Part shown: piece after piece, positions 50,196 to 60,836 of the stretch
Numbering within the stretch: the stretch's first letter is position 1
How the letters are laid out: each line of letters begins with the position of its first letter
Assembly: GCA_963422645.2 (NCBI GenBank)
Contig: CAXXVO010000005.1
Coordinates: 320,001-384,000 of the forward strand
DNA: 64,000 nt
DNA from: Alphaproteobacteria bacterium
GTDB taxonomy: Bacteria; Pseudomonadota; Alphaproteobacteria; UBA828
Direction: 5' to 3'
Translations under genes and position numbers: made by a program
The notes under the pieces: generated by a model
What the model was told of the DNA's origin: nothing
Databases searched by the model: none
Seen by the model: the letters and a program-made list of their open reading frames with translations, nothing else

Positions 50196-51434
50196 ATGAC
50201 CGGGACGGAGAGGATCACCACGCAGAAGGTCTGGAGCGTCGGCGAAATGCAGCGCCGCCTGTGCAATCTGCACGCGCTGATGGATGAGCGCTCGCTCGAT
50301 GCCGTGATCCTGACCAGCCTCCACAACGTCCTCTACTACACCGGCTTCTTCTGCCCTCCCTTCGGCCGGCTGCACTCCGCAGTGATCCCGCGGAACGGCG
50401 AGCCCGCGCTCATCGTCTCCCTGATCGAAGATGTCCGGCCACAGCACTGCTGCTACTACGAGGACATCCGCCTGTTCCACGACTGGGAGATGACCCCGCT
50501 GGAGAACAACGTGCGGCTCTTCGGCGAGGTTCTGCGCGACCACGGAATTTCCGGCGGCCGCCTCGGCTACGAGGAAGATTCGGTATCGGTCAGCTTCAAG
50601 GCGATGATCGACAGCGCGCTCGGCGGCTTCGAGTTCGCCGACGTGGCCTACGACACCATGCGCCAGCGGCTGATCAAGTCGGAGGAGGAGGTTTCTCTCA
50701 TCCGGCAAGGCGTCAAGATCTGTGAGGTCGGCGGTTACGCTGCGCTTGAGGCAATGAAGCCAGGCGTGACCGAGGTCGAGATGGCGCGGGCGGCCAATTC
50801 CGCGATCGAGAACGAGCTCCGCCGGCGCTTCCCCGACATCGAGGTCGACAACGTCAACACGTGCTGGATTCAGACCGGCCCCTATCGCAGCCGCGTCGGC
50901 CACATCATGAACGCGCATCGGGTCGTGCAGAAGGGCGAGATGATCAGCGTGAACCCCTACACGATCATCGGCGGCTACTACCACGTCCTGGAGCGAAGCC
51001 TCTATTGGGGGCATATCCCCGACGACGCGCTCGCGGCCTTCAAGACCAACGTCGAGGCGCATCACGCGGGGCTGCGGACGCTCCGCGCCGGCATCAAGTG
51101 CTCGGACGTCGACAAGGTGATCAACCCGATCTACCGCGAGGCGGGCCTGCTGGAGGGGCGTTCCTTCGGCACCGGCCATTCGGTCGGCATCATGTGCATC
51201 TGGTACGGGCGCGAGGAGGGGGGCGAGCTTCGCCAATACAACGACACGGTGCTCGAGGAGAACATGGTCGTGACCATGGAGCCGATGGTGAACGTCGACG
51301 GTCTCGGCGGCTTCCGACATCACGACATTTGCCGGATTACCGCCGACGGCATCGAGAACCTCAACACCTTCCCGCGCGGCGTCCTGCTGGCGCAGGACGA
51401 CGGAAGCCTGGAGGAGCTGTGGCTGCCTTCCTAG
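50196..51434 (+). CDS. Creatinase-like amidinohydrolase (M24 fold)
   Basis: EMQRR, TSLHNVLYYTGF..PFGR, YYHVLERS, SFGTGHSVG...YGREEGGELR, MVVTMEPM resemble creatinase blocks. Confidence 0.78.
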   Translation: MTGTERITTQKVWSVGEMQRRLCNLHALMDERSLDAVILTSLHNVLYYTGFFCPPFGRLHSAVIPRNGEPALIVSLIEDVRPQHCCYYEDIRLFHDWEMTPLENNVRLFGEVLRDHGISGGRLGYEEDSVSVSFKAMIDSALGGFEFADVAYDTMRQRLIKSEEEVSLIRQGVKICEVGGYAALEAMKPGVTEVEMARAANSAIENELRRRFPDIEVDNVNTCWIQTGPYRSRVGHIMNAHRVVQKGEMISVNPYTIIGGYYHVLERSLYWGHIPDDALAAFKTNVEAHHAGLRTLRAGIKCSDVDKVINPIYREAGLLEGRSFGTGHSVGIMCIWYGREEGGELRQYNDTVLEENMVVTMEPMVNVDGLGGFRHHDICRITADGIENLNTFPRGVLLAQDDGSLEELWLPS

Positions 51435-51468
51435 ATCGGCTCACCGGCCTGGCGCGCCGAGCGGTGCG

Positions 51469-53529
51469 ATGACCGCCAGACTTGCCGCGGACATCGGCGG
51501 CACCTTCACCGACCTGGTGCTCCTGGACTCCGGCGGGAGCGTACATGTCGCGAAGACACTTTCGACCCCGGGCGATTTCAAGGAAGGCGTGCTGAGCGGC
51601 GTCGAGAGAATCCTGTCGGATGCCGGGGCGGCGGCGGGGCAGGGCATCGCGCTCGCCGATGTCGACTACTTCGTGCATGGCGCGACTGTCGTGCTCAACG
51701 CCCTGCTCGAGCGGAAGTTGCCGAAGTCCGCGCTGATTACCACCCAGGGGTTTCGCGACGTGCTCGAGATCATGCGCACCAACAACCCCCGCATGTACGA
51801 CCTCAAGTGGGTAAAGCCGAAGCCGATCATCCCGCGCCATCTGCGCTTCGAGGTGGCCGAGCGCGTCCGTCACACCGGCGAAGTGCTGTGCGCTCTGGAC
51901 GAGGATGGGACCCGCGCGGTGGCGCGCCGGATCGAGGCTCTCGGCATTCGCTCCGTCGCGCTCTGCTTCCTCCATGCCTACGCCAACCCGGACCACGAGC
52001 GCCGTGCCCGAGAGATCATCCTGGAGGAGCACCCGGAGGCGCATGTCACCATCTCCTCCGATGTCGCGAGCGAGCTCAGGGAGTTCGAGCGCACGTCTAC
52101 GGTCGCCATCAACGCGAGCACGATACCCATCATCTCGGCCTATCTGGACGGTCTGTCGCAGGCGCTGAGTGACCGGGGCCTGCAGCGGGAGCTCTTCGTG
52201 ATGCAGTCGAACGGCGGCGTCATCACGAGCCGGACCGCCCGGCACCTGCCGGTCCGCACCGTGATGTCGGGTCCGGCCGGAGGTGTCGTCGGCGCTCAGT
52301 TCATCGCGAATCGCATGGGCCTGCGCGACGTGGCGACCATCGACATCGGCGGCTCCAGCAGCGACATGGGCGTCATATCCGACGGCCTGGCGCGAACGGT
52401 CGACCAGAGCGCGGTCGAGGGCTGGCCGATCATGGCACCGACCATCGAGATTCTGGCCATCGGGGCCGGCGGCGGAAGCATCGCCTGGGTCGATGCCGGA
52501 GGAGCGCTTCGCGTCGGCCCGAAGAGCGCGGGCGCCCGCCCGGGTCCCGCCTGCTACGGTCTGGGCGGAGACGAGCCCACCGTTTTCGACGCCTGCGTCA
52601 CGCTCAATCGGCTGAACCCCGATTACTTCCTCGCAGGCGAGATGGTGCTCGACCGCGCTGCTGCCGAGCGTGCCATCCGGGAGCGGATCGCCGAGCCCCT
52701 CGGGATGGACGTCGCCGACGCCGCCGACGGCATCCTCAGGGTCGTCACTGCAAATATGAACAAGGCAATCCGTTCGATCCTGATCGCACGGGGCTTCGAT
52801 ATCCGCCAGTTCACGCTCATGGCGTTCGGCGGCGCTGGCGGCATGGTGGCAGGCGAGCTGCTCCGCATCGGTGACGTGCACCGGCTCGTCGTGCCGAGCA
52901 ATCCAGGCGCAGTTTCGGCCATCGGGATGCTCGCCACCGACCTCCGCCACGACTTTGCGCAGTCTTCGGTCCAGTGGTTCGGCGATGTCGTGTGGGGTGA
53001 AATCCGGCGCACCCTGCAACATCTTCGAACGCTCGGCGCAGAGCGGCTCGAGGCGGACGGCGTGGCTGAAGCGGCAATGCACTTCGACGACGCGCTCGAC
53101 CTGCGCTACGTCGGGCAGGACTATTACCTGCGCGTCTACGTCGATGGCGACGACCTCGACGGCGAGCGCATCCGGGCCGATTTCGACCGGCTGCACGAGC
53201 ACACCTACGGTTTCGCCAATCCGGAGTTCGAGGTCGAGATGGTCAATGCGCGGGTCTTCGCGATCGGTGCGTTCGAGCGGCCGCAGCTTCCCGAATTCGG
53301 CGCACGCGGCTCGTCGGATGGCCCGCTCGCGCCGAAGGCGCGTCGCCCGGTGTTCTTCGACGGTGCGTTCGTCGAGACGGATATCTACGATGTAAGGGCG
53401 CTGCGTGCCGAAGATGCGGTTGCCGGTCCTTGCATCATCGAGGATCCGCGCTCGACGATCATCGTCATGCCGGGCCAGAGCGCGACGGTCGATCGCTTTC
53501 GCAATCTCTCGATCGAGGTCGCGGCTTGA
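51469..53529 (+). CDS. Hydantoinase/oxoprolinase subunit A (N-methylhydantoinase A-like)
   Basis: DIGGTFTD, REFERTST, MQSNGG, SGPAGG, IGAGGGSI, GPKSAGARPGPACY. Confidence 0.92.
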   Translation: MTARLAADIGGTFTDLVLLDSGGSVHVAKTLSTPGDFKEGVLSGVERILSDAGAAAGQGIALADVDYFVHGATVVLNALLERKLPKSALITTQGFRDVLEIMRTNNPRMYDLKWVKPKPIIPRHLRFEVAERVRHTGEVLCALDEDGTRAVARRIEALGIRSVALCFLHAYANPDHERRAREIILEEHPEAHVTISSDVASELREFERTSTVAINASTIPIISAYLDGLSQALSDRGLQRELFVMQSNGGVITSRTARHLPVRTVMSGPAGGVVGAQFIANRMGLRDVATIDIGGSSSDMGVISDGLARTVDQSAVEGWPIMAPTIEILAIGAGGGSIAWVDAGGALRVGPKSAGARPGPACYGLGGDEPTVFDACVTLNRLNPDYFLAGEMVLDRAAAERAIRERIAEPLGMDVADAADGILRVVTANMNKAIRSILIARGFDIRQFTLMAFGGAGGMVAGELLRIGDVHRLVVPSNPGAVSAIGMLATDLRHDFAQSSVQWFGDVVWGEIRRTLQHLRTLGAERLEADGVAEAAMHFDDALDLRYVGQDYYLRVYVDGDDLDGERIRADFDRLHEHTYGFANPEFEVEMVNARVFAIGAFERPQLPEFGARGSSDGPLAPKARRPVFFDGAFVETDIYDVRALRAEDAVAGPCIIEDPRSTIIVMPGQSATVDRFRNLSIEVAA

Positions 53530-53561
53530 GGTCGCGCGGCGGGTCGGGTTGAGGGGGTACC

Positions 53562-55385
53562 ATGGCCAAGGCAATGCATCTCGCTGAAAGGGCGCAGGAA
53601 GCGGCGGTCGATCCGGTCACGCTCGAGGTCGTCCGCGCCGGCCTGCATTCGATCATCAGCGAGATGTCGATCACGCTGAACAGGACCTCCTATTCGACGA
53701 TCCTTCGCGAGATCAACGACTACAGCTGTGTCCTCTTCGATAGCCGAGGCCGGCTTCTGGCTCAGGCCGAGGGCATCCCGGTCTTCAACGGCAGCATGAA
53801 CTTCGTGGTCGATGCGGTGATCGAGAAGTTCCCCCTGGCAGACATGCATCCAGGGGACATTTTTCTCTCCAACGATCCCTATACGGCCGGAGGCACGCAC
53901 AAGAACGACATCAACGTCGTCATGCCGATCTTCTGGCAGGGCGAGCTGGTGATGCTGGCGGCGAACAAGGCGCATCACCTGGACATCGGCGGCAAGGACC
54001 CGGGCAGCTGGTCGGCGGATGCGCGCAACACCTATCAGGAGGGCCTCTGCCTTCCCGTCCTGGGGCTCGCGCGCGGTGGCGTGATGAATGAGGAGATCAT
54101 CGAGGTCCTGATGGCCAACCTGCGCACGCCGACGCTGTCGCGCGGCGACTTCTCGGCCCAGATCGCAGCGCTGAAGACCGCGGAAGTCAGGACTCACGAG
54201 TGGCTGGAGAAGAATGGTGCCGATGTGCTGACCCGGACAGCGGACGCGCTGCTGGACCACGGCGAGCGTGTCGTCCGTGCAGCCATCGAGCGAATTCCCG
54301 ACGGGGTCTACAAGGCATCCGGCTTCGCCGATGGGGACGGCGTCTCTGACGAGCCCATTCCCATCGCGGTCACCGTCACGGTCGACGGCAGCGACATCTA
54401 CATCGACTACAGCGGGAGCGGCGCCCAGAGGGAAGGCTCGGCGGGGAACGCCCATTGGGTCGTGACGGTCTCGATGACACGCCAAGCGATGATGTTCTTC
54501 ACCGACACGGCGCTCGGCGGCAACGAGGGCTCGTACCGGCCGATCCACGTGTCGGCACCGACCGGCTGCGTCTTCAACCCGGAGTACCCGGCGCCGGTGA
54601 CGACCGGCATGGGCAACATGGGCACGCGGCTGATCGAGCTGATCTTTCAGGCGCTGGCCGACGTCATTCCGGATGAGGTCATCGGCGGCACCTTCGGCTG
54701 CTTCAGCTGTATGACCCTCGGCGGCAAGGACCCGCAAACCGACGGCGAGTTCGTGCACTTCGAGTGCTATTCCGGTGGCTGGGGCGGGCGCCATCATGCG
54801 GACGGAAACAGTGCGACCGTCTCGCTCGGCAGCGGAGACGCCTACAACATTCCGGTGGAGGTGATGGAGACCACCACGCCGATCCTGCTTTGCGAGAAGT
54901 TCGCCCTGCAGGAGGGCTCCGCCGGTGCCGGCAGGCATCGCGGCGGCTTCGGTACCGAGATCGACTACCGGATGATGGGCGAGGCCGAGCTTGCCATCGC
55001 TCTGGACCGCGAGACCTTCAGGCCCTATGGGCTGTTCGGCGGCCTGGAAGGGCAGGGCAGCGAGCTCCTGGTCGAGCCCGGCACGCCGTCGGAGGAGCGT
55101 TACGTCCGCGCGAGCGGCGTGAAGGTGGCTGAAGGCGCGCTGGTCCGTCACCGGACGGCAGGCGGGGGCGGCTACGGCCCACCGGCCGAGCGCGATCCGG
55201 CCCTGGTTGCGAATGATTGCTTGAACGGACTGATTTCCATCGAGGACGCGCGCGAGCTCTATGGCGTGGTGATCGATCCCGGCACCTTCGCGCCGGACCT
55301 CGACGCCACGGCCGCTCTCCGGCGGTCGTGTCGAGGCGAAGACGGTGCTTCGCCGCCGCCAGCCGGGACCGAACAGAGTCGGTGA
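53562..55385 (+). CDS. Hydantoinase/oxoprolinase subunit B
   Basis: DPVTLEV, NDPY..GTH.ND, HHLDIGG, EG..LP, GAGRHRGG, GGGGYG. Confidence 0.92.
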   Translation: MAKAMHLAERAQEAAVDPVTLEVVRAGLHSIISEMSITLNRTSYSTILREINDYSCVLFDSRGRLLAQAEGIPVFNGSMNFVVDAVIEKFPLADMHPGDIFLSNDPYTAGGTHKNDINVVMPIFWQGELVMLAANKAHHLDIGGKDPGSWSADARNTYQEGLCLPVLGLARGGVMNEEIIEVLMANLRTPTLSRGDFSAQIAALKTAEVRTHEWLEKNGADVLTRTADALLDHGERVVRAAIERIPDGVYKASGFADGDGVSDEPIPIAVTVTVDGSDIYIDYSGSGAQREGSAGNAHWVVTVSMTRQAMMFFTDTALGGNEGSYRPIHVSAPTGCVFNPEYPAPVTTGMGNMGTRLIELIFQALADVIPDEVIGGTFGCFSCMTLGGKDPQTDGEFVHFECYSGGWGGRHHADGNSATVSLGSGDAYNIPVEVMETTTPILLCEKFALQEGSAGAGRHRGGFGTEIDYRMMGEAELAIALDRETFRPYGLFGGLEGQGSELLVEPGTPSEERYVRASGVKVAEGALVRHRTAGGGGYGPPAERDPALVANDCLNGLISIEDARELYGVVIDPGTFAPDLDATAALRRSCRGEDGASPPPAGTEQSR

Positions 55386-55423
55386 TGTTCAAACACGGGA
55401 AAACCGAAGGGGAGGGCTTGATC

Positions 55424-56521
55424 ATGTGGAAGTGGATTACCGGGGCCGTTGCAGCGGTCGCGATAAGCGCGTTTGCCGTCTCGGCGTCGGAGGCGGCATT
55501 TAAGCTGGAGGGCGAGCCCAGGGTCGCGATGCTCCAGCTCGCCACCGTAAACGACGGCGGCTGGTCTGAGGCGCTCGAGTACGCGCGGGTCAAGACCGAA
55601 GAGGCGCTGGGCATCGAGATCGCCTATACGGAGAACGTGGCCGAGGACAACTCCGAGATCCTGCGCACCATCGATCTCTACGTGAACCGGGGCCACAACA
55701 TCATCATCGGCACCTCGTGGGGCTATGGCGACGCCTTCCTCGAAGCCGCCGCCAAGTACCCCAACGTGGCCTTCGTGAACTGCGCCGGCGAGACCAACAA
55801 CTCGGTGAACCTGGAGAGCTTCTACGCCCGCAGCTATCAGGGCTGGTATCTCGCCGGGATCGTCGCCAGCCATCTGACGCAATCCAAGAAGGTGGGCGCC
55901 ATCGGCGGCTATCCGCTGGGCGTGGTGAACTGGGACCTCAACGGCTTCCTGCGCGGGGCGCAGTCGGTGGATCCTGAAATCGAAATGGTCGGCGTCTTCG
56001 TCAACACCTGGTACGACCCGGTGAAGGAGACGCAGGCGGCAGAGGCCTTGCTGGAGCAGGGCGTCGACGTGCTGGGCTCCAACATGAGCACGCCAGGCCC
56101 GCATCTCACGTTCCAGGAGCAGGGCAAGTGGTCGGTCGGCTTCCAGGTCGACGTGTCCGACCAGGCACCGGATGCGGTGGCGACCTCGATGGTCTACAAG
56201 TGGGAGGCCTATTTCATCCCAACGATCTCTGCGATCATCGAAGGGACCTGGGAGCCTGGCGAGTGGGGCTGGTGGGAAGGAATCGATACCGGTCTCTTCG
56301 ACGTCGATCCCATCGCGGACTGGGTGCCGGCAGCGGCGGTGGCGGATATCGATGCGGCGCGCGCGGCGATGGCCGCGGGCACGCTCGATCCGTTTCAGGG
56401 GCCGCTCCACCGCCAGGACGGCTCGCTGGCAGTGCCCGAGGGCGAGGTTCTCTCCGACGACAACCTGTGGGGAATGAACTACTTCGTCCAGGGCGCCATC
56501 GGCACCATGCCGGCGGAGTAA
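55424..56521 (+). CDS. BMP-family (nucleoside-type) ABC substrate-binding protein
   Basis: Signal peptide; DGGWS, GTSWGY, YLAGIVA, WYDPVKE, DPFQGP. Confidence 0.9.
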   Translation: MWKWITGAVAAVAISAFAVSASEAAFKLEGEPRVAMLQLATVNDGGWSEALEYARVKTEEALGIEIAYTENVAEDNSEILRTIDLYVNRGHNIIIGTSWGYGDAFLEAAAKYPNVAFVNCAGETNNSVNLESFYARSYQGWYLAGIVASHLTQSKKVGAIGGYPLGVVNWDLNGFLRGAQSVDPEIEMVGVFVNTWYDPVKETQAAEALLEQGVDVLGSNMSTPGPHLTFQEQGKWSVGFQVDVSDQAPDAVATSMVYKWEAYFIPTISAIIEGTWEPGEWGWWEGIDTGLFDVDPIADWVPAAAVADIDAARAAMAAGTLDPFQGPLHRQDGSLAVPEGEVLSDDNLWGMNYFVQGAIGTMPAE

Positions 56522-56567
56522 ACCTGCCGGGCCGTTTGCGGCCCGCAAGTCGTGCCGGCGCGACAGG

Positions 56568-58067
56568 GTGAGTCATGCCCTGGAAATCGCCGGTGCGAGT
56601 AAGGCGTTCGACGGCCGCCCGGCGCTCAGGCGGGCGTCGTTCGCCTGCGACTGGGGCGAGGTCCACGCCCTGCTCGGAGAGAACGGGGCCGGCAAGTCGA
56701 CGCTGATGAACGTCGCCTGCGGGCTCTATGCTCCGGACGAAGGCACCATCGCGGTCGACGCCCGGCCCGCCACGATCACCGCGCCGGCCGACGCCGCCAA
56801 GCTCGGCATCGGCATGGTCCACCAGCACTACAAGCTGGTGAAACGCTTTACGGTTGCCGAGAACATCGTGCTTGCCTGCCACAGCGCACTCGGCGTTCGG
56901 CGCCCGCGGGACGCGGCCGTGGCGGTGGCGGCGAAGGCGGCGGAAGTGGGCTTCGACATCGACCCCGATGCTGTCGTCGGCGACCTCTCCATCGCCGAGC
57001 AGCAGCGCGTCGAAATCCTCAAGGTGCTGCTCCTCGGCGCCCGGATTCTCATCCTCGACGAGCCCACTTCGGTGCTGACCGATCAGGAATCGGTCTCGGC
57101 GCTCAGCTTCATGCGCCGCCTGGCCGAGGATGGCCACGCGGTCGTCCTGATTACGCACAAGCTGCGGGAGGTGATCGGCTATTCGTCGCGGGTGACCGTG
57201 ATGCGCGGCGGCGAAACGGTGCTCGCCGGCGCCGAGACGGCGGGGATGGACGCCGAGACGCTGGCCCGGACCATGGTGGGCGAGGAAGGCGAGACGACCG
57301 AGCGCCACGCCCGGACGCTCGGCGAGGTGCGGCTCCGGGTCGAGGAGCTGAGCGTTCGCGGCGCCGGGGCCGTCGGCGTCGAAAGTGTCGGCTTTGCCGT
57401 GCGCGGCGGAGAGATATACGGGATCGCGGGCGTCGGCGGCAACGGGCAGCAGGAACTCGCCGACGCGCTTACCGGGCTGCGCCCGCCCGCCCGTGGCCGA
57501 ATCGCGATCGATGACGACGAGATCGCGGGCCGGGATGTCCCCGCCTTTCGCCGTCGCGGGATGCGCGCCGTGCCCGCCGACCGGTTCCGCACCGGCCTCC
57601 TGGCGGAGCTCGCGGTCTACGAGAACCACGGGGTGACCGGCGTGCCGGCCGGCGAATACGGCAACCCGGCACTGGTTCGCCTTGGCGCCATGAAAGCGGC
57701 GGCGGCGGGTGCCATCGACGCCTACAACATCCAGGGTGCGGCGCCCGCCACGCTTTCCAGGCTACTTTCCGGCGGCAACGCCCAAAAGCTCCTGCTCGCG
57801 CGCGAGCTTCGGGGGAAGGCCAGCGTGCTGGTCGCCCACTCTCCCACCCGCGGACTCGACGTGAGCGCCTGCCGCACCGTCCACGACCTGCTGCAGGGCG
57901 CGGCGGACGCGGGCACCGCCTGTGTGCTGATCAGCGAGGACCTGGAGGAGGTGCTCGCGCTCTCCACCACCATCGCCGTGATCAGCCGGGGCAGGCTGGT
58001 GGGTGAATTCGCCGCAGGCGAGGTGAGTCGCGCCGAAATCGGCCGTCTGATGCTGGGCCATGCTTAG
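56568..58067 (+). CDS. ABC transporter ATP-binding protein (two NBDs)
   Basis: GENGAGKSTLMN, ILDEPT, LSGGNAQK, PTRGLD. Confidence 0.93.
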   Translation: MSHALEIAGASKAFDGRPALRRASFACDWGEVHALLGENGAGKSTLMNVACGLYAPDEGTIAVDARPATITAPADAAKLGIGMVHQHYKLVKRFTVAENIVLACHSALGVRRPRDAAVAVAAKAAEVGFDIDPDAVVGDLSIAEQQRVEILKVLLLGARILILDEPTSVLTDQESVSALSFMRRLAEDGHAVVLITHKLREVIGYSSRVTVMRGGETVLAGAETAGMDAETLARTMVGEEGETTERHARTLGEVRLRVEELSVRGAGAVGVESVGFAVRGGEIYGIAGVGGNGQQELADALTGLRPPARGRIAIDDDEIAGRDVPAFRRRGMRAVPADRFRTGLLAELAVYENHGVTGVPAGEYGNPALVRLGAMKAAAAGAIDAYNIQGAAPATLSRLLSGGNAQKLLLARELRGKASVLVAHSPTRGLDVSACRTVHDLLQGAADAGTACVLISEDLEEVLALSTTIAVISRGRLVGEFAAGEVSRAEIGRLMLGHA

Positions 58068-59130
58068 CCCGATCTACCTCGTGCCGCGCCAGCAGGCGCC
58101 GCTCTGGATGCGGGCAGCGACGTTCGTGGGCGGCATCGCGCTCGGCCTGCTCATCGCCTTCGGCATCCTCATCGCCTATGGCGTCTCCGCCGGGCAGATC
58201 GTCAACGAGTTCATCGTCTACGTGTTTCTCGATTTGAACGGCCTTGCCCAGGTCGTGACCGCCTCGACGCCTCTGGTGTTCGTCGGCCTCGCGGCGGCGG
58301 CGGCGCTCAAGCTCAAGTTCTGGAACATCGGTGTCGAGGGCCAGATGTGGCTGGGCTGCATCGCCGCGACCGGCGTCGCCCTCTTCGACATCGGCCCCGA
58401 CTTCTTCCGCCTGCCGCTGATGTTCATCGCTGCCGCCGTGGCCGGTGCCTGCTGGATCGGCATTCCCGCCTTTCTCAAGCTCCGCTTCCGGGTCAACGAG
58501 ATCATCACCTCGCTGCTGCTGACCTATGTCGCCTATCAGCTGGTCCAGCATCTGTTGTTCGGCCCGTGGCATGATCCCGGCAGCGCCTTTCCCAACTCGC
58601 GGCACTATGACGAGGGGATCGAGCGTCTGGCGCGGCTCGGCTGGGGTTCCTCGCACACCGGCATCTGGATCGCCCTTGGGGCCGGGGCCCTGCTCTGGTT
58701 CACCATGGCCCGCTCGCGGCTCGGCTTTTACATGGATGCGATCGGCGCCAATGTGGAAGCGGCGCGGGCGGCGGGCATCCCGGTCGTGCTGACCACCGCA
58801 TTCGCCGCAGCCATGTCGGGCGGGCTCGCGGGCGTCGCCGGCGCGGGGCTCGCCGCCGGTCAGGAATACCGCATGACGCTCTTCATCGCGGGCGGCTACA
58901 CCTTCAGCGGCATCGTCATCGCCTTCATCGGGCGCTTTCGGCCGGTCCCCGTCATCGTCACGGCGTTCGTGGTGGGCGGCGTCTACACGGCCGGCGACAC
59001 GCTCAAGGTGTTCTATCAACTGCCTGCGGCAATCACGACGCTGATCGAGGCGGTCATCCTTCTCACCTTCGTCGTCGTCGAGTTCTTCAGCCGCTACCGC
59101 CTCAGCTGGGGCGTGCGGGAGCACGCCTGA
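58060..59130 (+). CDS. ABC transporter permease (nucleoside type)
   Basis: WNIGVEGQ, VNEIITSLLL; multiple TM segments. Confidence 0.9.
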   Translation: MLSPIYLVPRQQAPLWMRAATFVGGIALGLLIAFGILIAYGVSAGQIVNEFIVYVFLDLNGLAQVVTASTPLVFVGLAAAAALKLKFWNIGVEGQMWLGCIAATGVALFDIGPDFFRLPLMFIAAAVAGACWIGIPAFLKLRFRVNEIITSLLLTYVAYQLVQHLLFGPWHDPGSAFPNSRHYDEGIERLARLGWGSSHTGIWIALGAGALLWFTMARSRLGFYMDAIGANVEAARAAGIPVVLTTAFAAAMSGGLAGVAGAGLAAGQEYRMTLFIAGGYTFSGIVIAFIGRFRPVPVIVTAFVVGGVYTAGDTLKVFYQLPAAITTLIEAVILLTFVVVEFFSRYRLSWGVREHA

Positions 59131-60059
59131 TGGCGGCCGATTTCGTCCAGAACTGGCTCGCCACCACGCCGGGCTTCGCCACGCCCTACCTGCTCGCGGC
59201 ACTCGGCCTGATAATCAATGAGCGCGCCGGCGTCCTCAATCTCGGCTGCGAAGGCATGATGCTGGTGGGCGCGATGACCGGTGCGGTCGTGAGCTTCCAC
59301 ACCGGACTCGCCGGCGCCGGCGTTCCCGTTGCCATGCTGGCGGGTGCCCTGGTCGGCCTCGTGTTCGGGATCGCCGTCGTCGTCTTCCGCACCGATCAGG
59401 TGCTGACCGGGCTCATCATCGTCGCTCTCGGCGACGGGCTGACCGGGGTCGTCGGCCGGCCCTACATGTTCGAGAAAGTCGCCGGCTTTCGCGACCTCGA
59501 TCTCGGCGTGCTGAGCGATATCCCGTGGATCGGCCCGATCGTCTTCCGGCAGGATATCCTGGTCTACGCCGCTGCAGCGCTTGCCATCGGGGTGTGGTGG
59601 GGTCTCGAACGCTCCAACGCGGGCCTCAGGCTCCGCGCCGTTGGCGAGGATCCGGCGACGGCGGATATTGCCGGTGTCAACGTCCAGCTCTTTCGCATCG
59701 CCGCCGTGATGCTGGGGGGCGCGCTATGCGGAATCGCCGGGGCCTACCTCTCGCTCGCCTCCAGCTTCGTCTGGACCGAACACATGGTCGCCGGCCGAGG
59801 CTGGATCGTCATCGCGCTCGTCATCTTCTCCGGTTGGCGGCCGGGGCGCGCGGTGATCGGCGCGCTCATCTTCGGCGGTGCGGAGGCTCTGATTCCGCGC
59901 GTTCAGGCCATCGGCCTCGACGTGCCGATCTATATCGTCGGCATGCTCCCCTACGTGCTGACGCTCGCGGTGCTGATCGTCCCCACAATTTTGCGCGGCG
60001 AGCGCTCGCCCGCGCCGAGCGGGCTACTGCTCAACTATCTCCGGCAGGATCGGCGTTAG
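59130..60059 (+). CDS. ABC transporter permease (nucleoside type)
   Basis: ERAGVLNLGCEGMM, LRAVGEDP, AGRGWIVIALV, LPYVLT. Confidence 0.9.
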   Translation: MAADFVQNWLATTPGFATPYLLAALGLIINERAGVLNLGCEGMMLVGAMTGAVVSFHTGLAGAGVPVAMLAGALVGLVFGIAVVVFRTDQVLTGLIIVALGDGLTGVVGRPYMFEKVAGFRDLDLGVLSDIPWIGPIVFRQDILVYAAAALAIGVWWGLERSNAGLRLRAVGEDPATADIAGVNVQLFRIAAVMLGGALCGIAGAYLSLASSFVWTEHMVAGRGWIVIALVIFSGWRPGRAVIGALIFGGAEALIPRVQAIGLDVPIYIVGMLPYVLTLAVLIVPTILRGERSPAPSGLLLNYLRQDRR

Positions 60060-60116
60060 ACTGTCGTCAGGAAGATAGGGCGATCATCGTCATCGACACG
60101 GAATGGGAGGCTAGAC

Positions 60117-60728
60117 ATGTCCGGCTTGGCAACGGTGCGCGAAACCCACGAAGTAGCCGCGCGCAGCGGCAAAGCGTTCGAGGTGGCAACCGGAGACCTG
60201 ATTCGGATCACGGATCTGGAGGGATCGCAGCCGGTGGATTTCTGGGCCTTCAGCAAGGCGGACCACCTGGAGTATCTCTCCTGCGAGCACACCAAGCCCT
60301 CGATCGAGAAGCTGTTTCCCCACGTCGGCGATTCGGCATACACCAACCGGCGGCAGAAGATCGTCACGGTGGTGGACGACACCTCTCCCGGCCAGCACGA
60401 CATGCAGTACGCCGCCTGCGATCCCACGCGCTACGCTGAGTTGGGAGTCGAGGGCTATCACGAGAGCTGCCAAGAGAACCTGCACCTGGCGCTCGACGAC
60501 TTCGGCATCGTGCTCGAATTCACGCCGCAGCCCTGGAACCTGTTCACCAACTTCTTCATCAACCCGGACGGCACCATCACCATCAAGGCGCCTGAGTCGA
60601 AGCCGGGCGATCACATCGTGCTGCGGGCCGAGATGGACGCCATCGTTGTCGTCTCCGCCTGCCCCCAGGATCAAAACCCGACCTGCGGCGGGCAGCCCAG
60701 CGATGTCCGCGTCGAGGTCGGGGGCTGA
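60117..60728 (+). CDS. DUF1989 (urea-carboxylase-associated) protein
   Basis: EGSQPVDFWAF, DTSPGQHDMQYAAC, HESCQENL, PWNLFTN, SACPQD. Confidence 0.88.
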   Translation: MSGLATVRETHEVAARSGKAFEVATGDLIRITDLEGSQPVDFWAFSKADHLEYLSCEHTKPSIEKLFPHVGDSAYTNRRQKIVTVVDDTSPGQHDMQYAACDPTRYAELGVEGYHESCQENLHLALDDFGIVLEFTPQPWNLFTNFFINPDGTITIKAPESKPGDHIVLRAEMDAIVVVSACPQDQNPTCGGQPSDVRVEVGG

Positions 60729-60836
60729 ACGCAGGCGCGCCGCCGACTTCCCACAGGCTGGATATTCGCCGGGGCAGCGACTATGTAGTGTGCTGCAGTG
60801 CAGCATTCGCTTGCCGGACACGGGAGAACACAGAAC

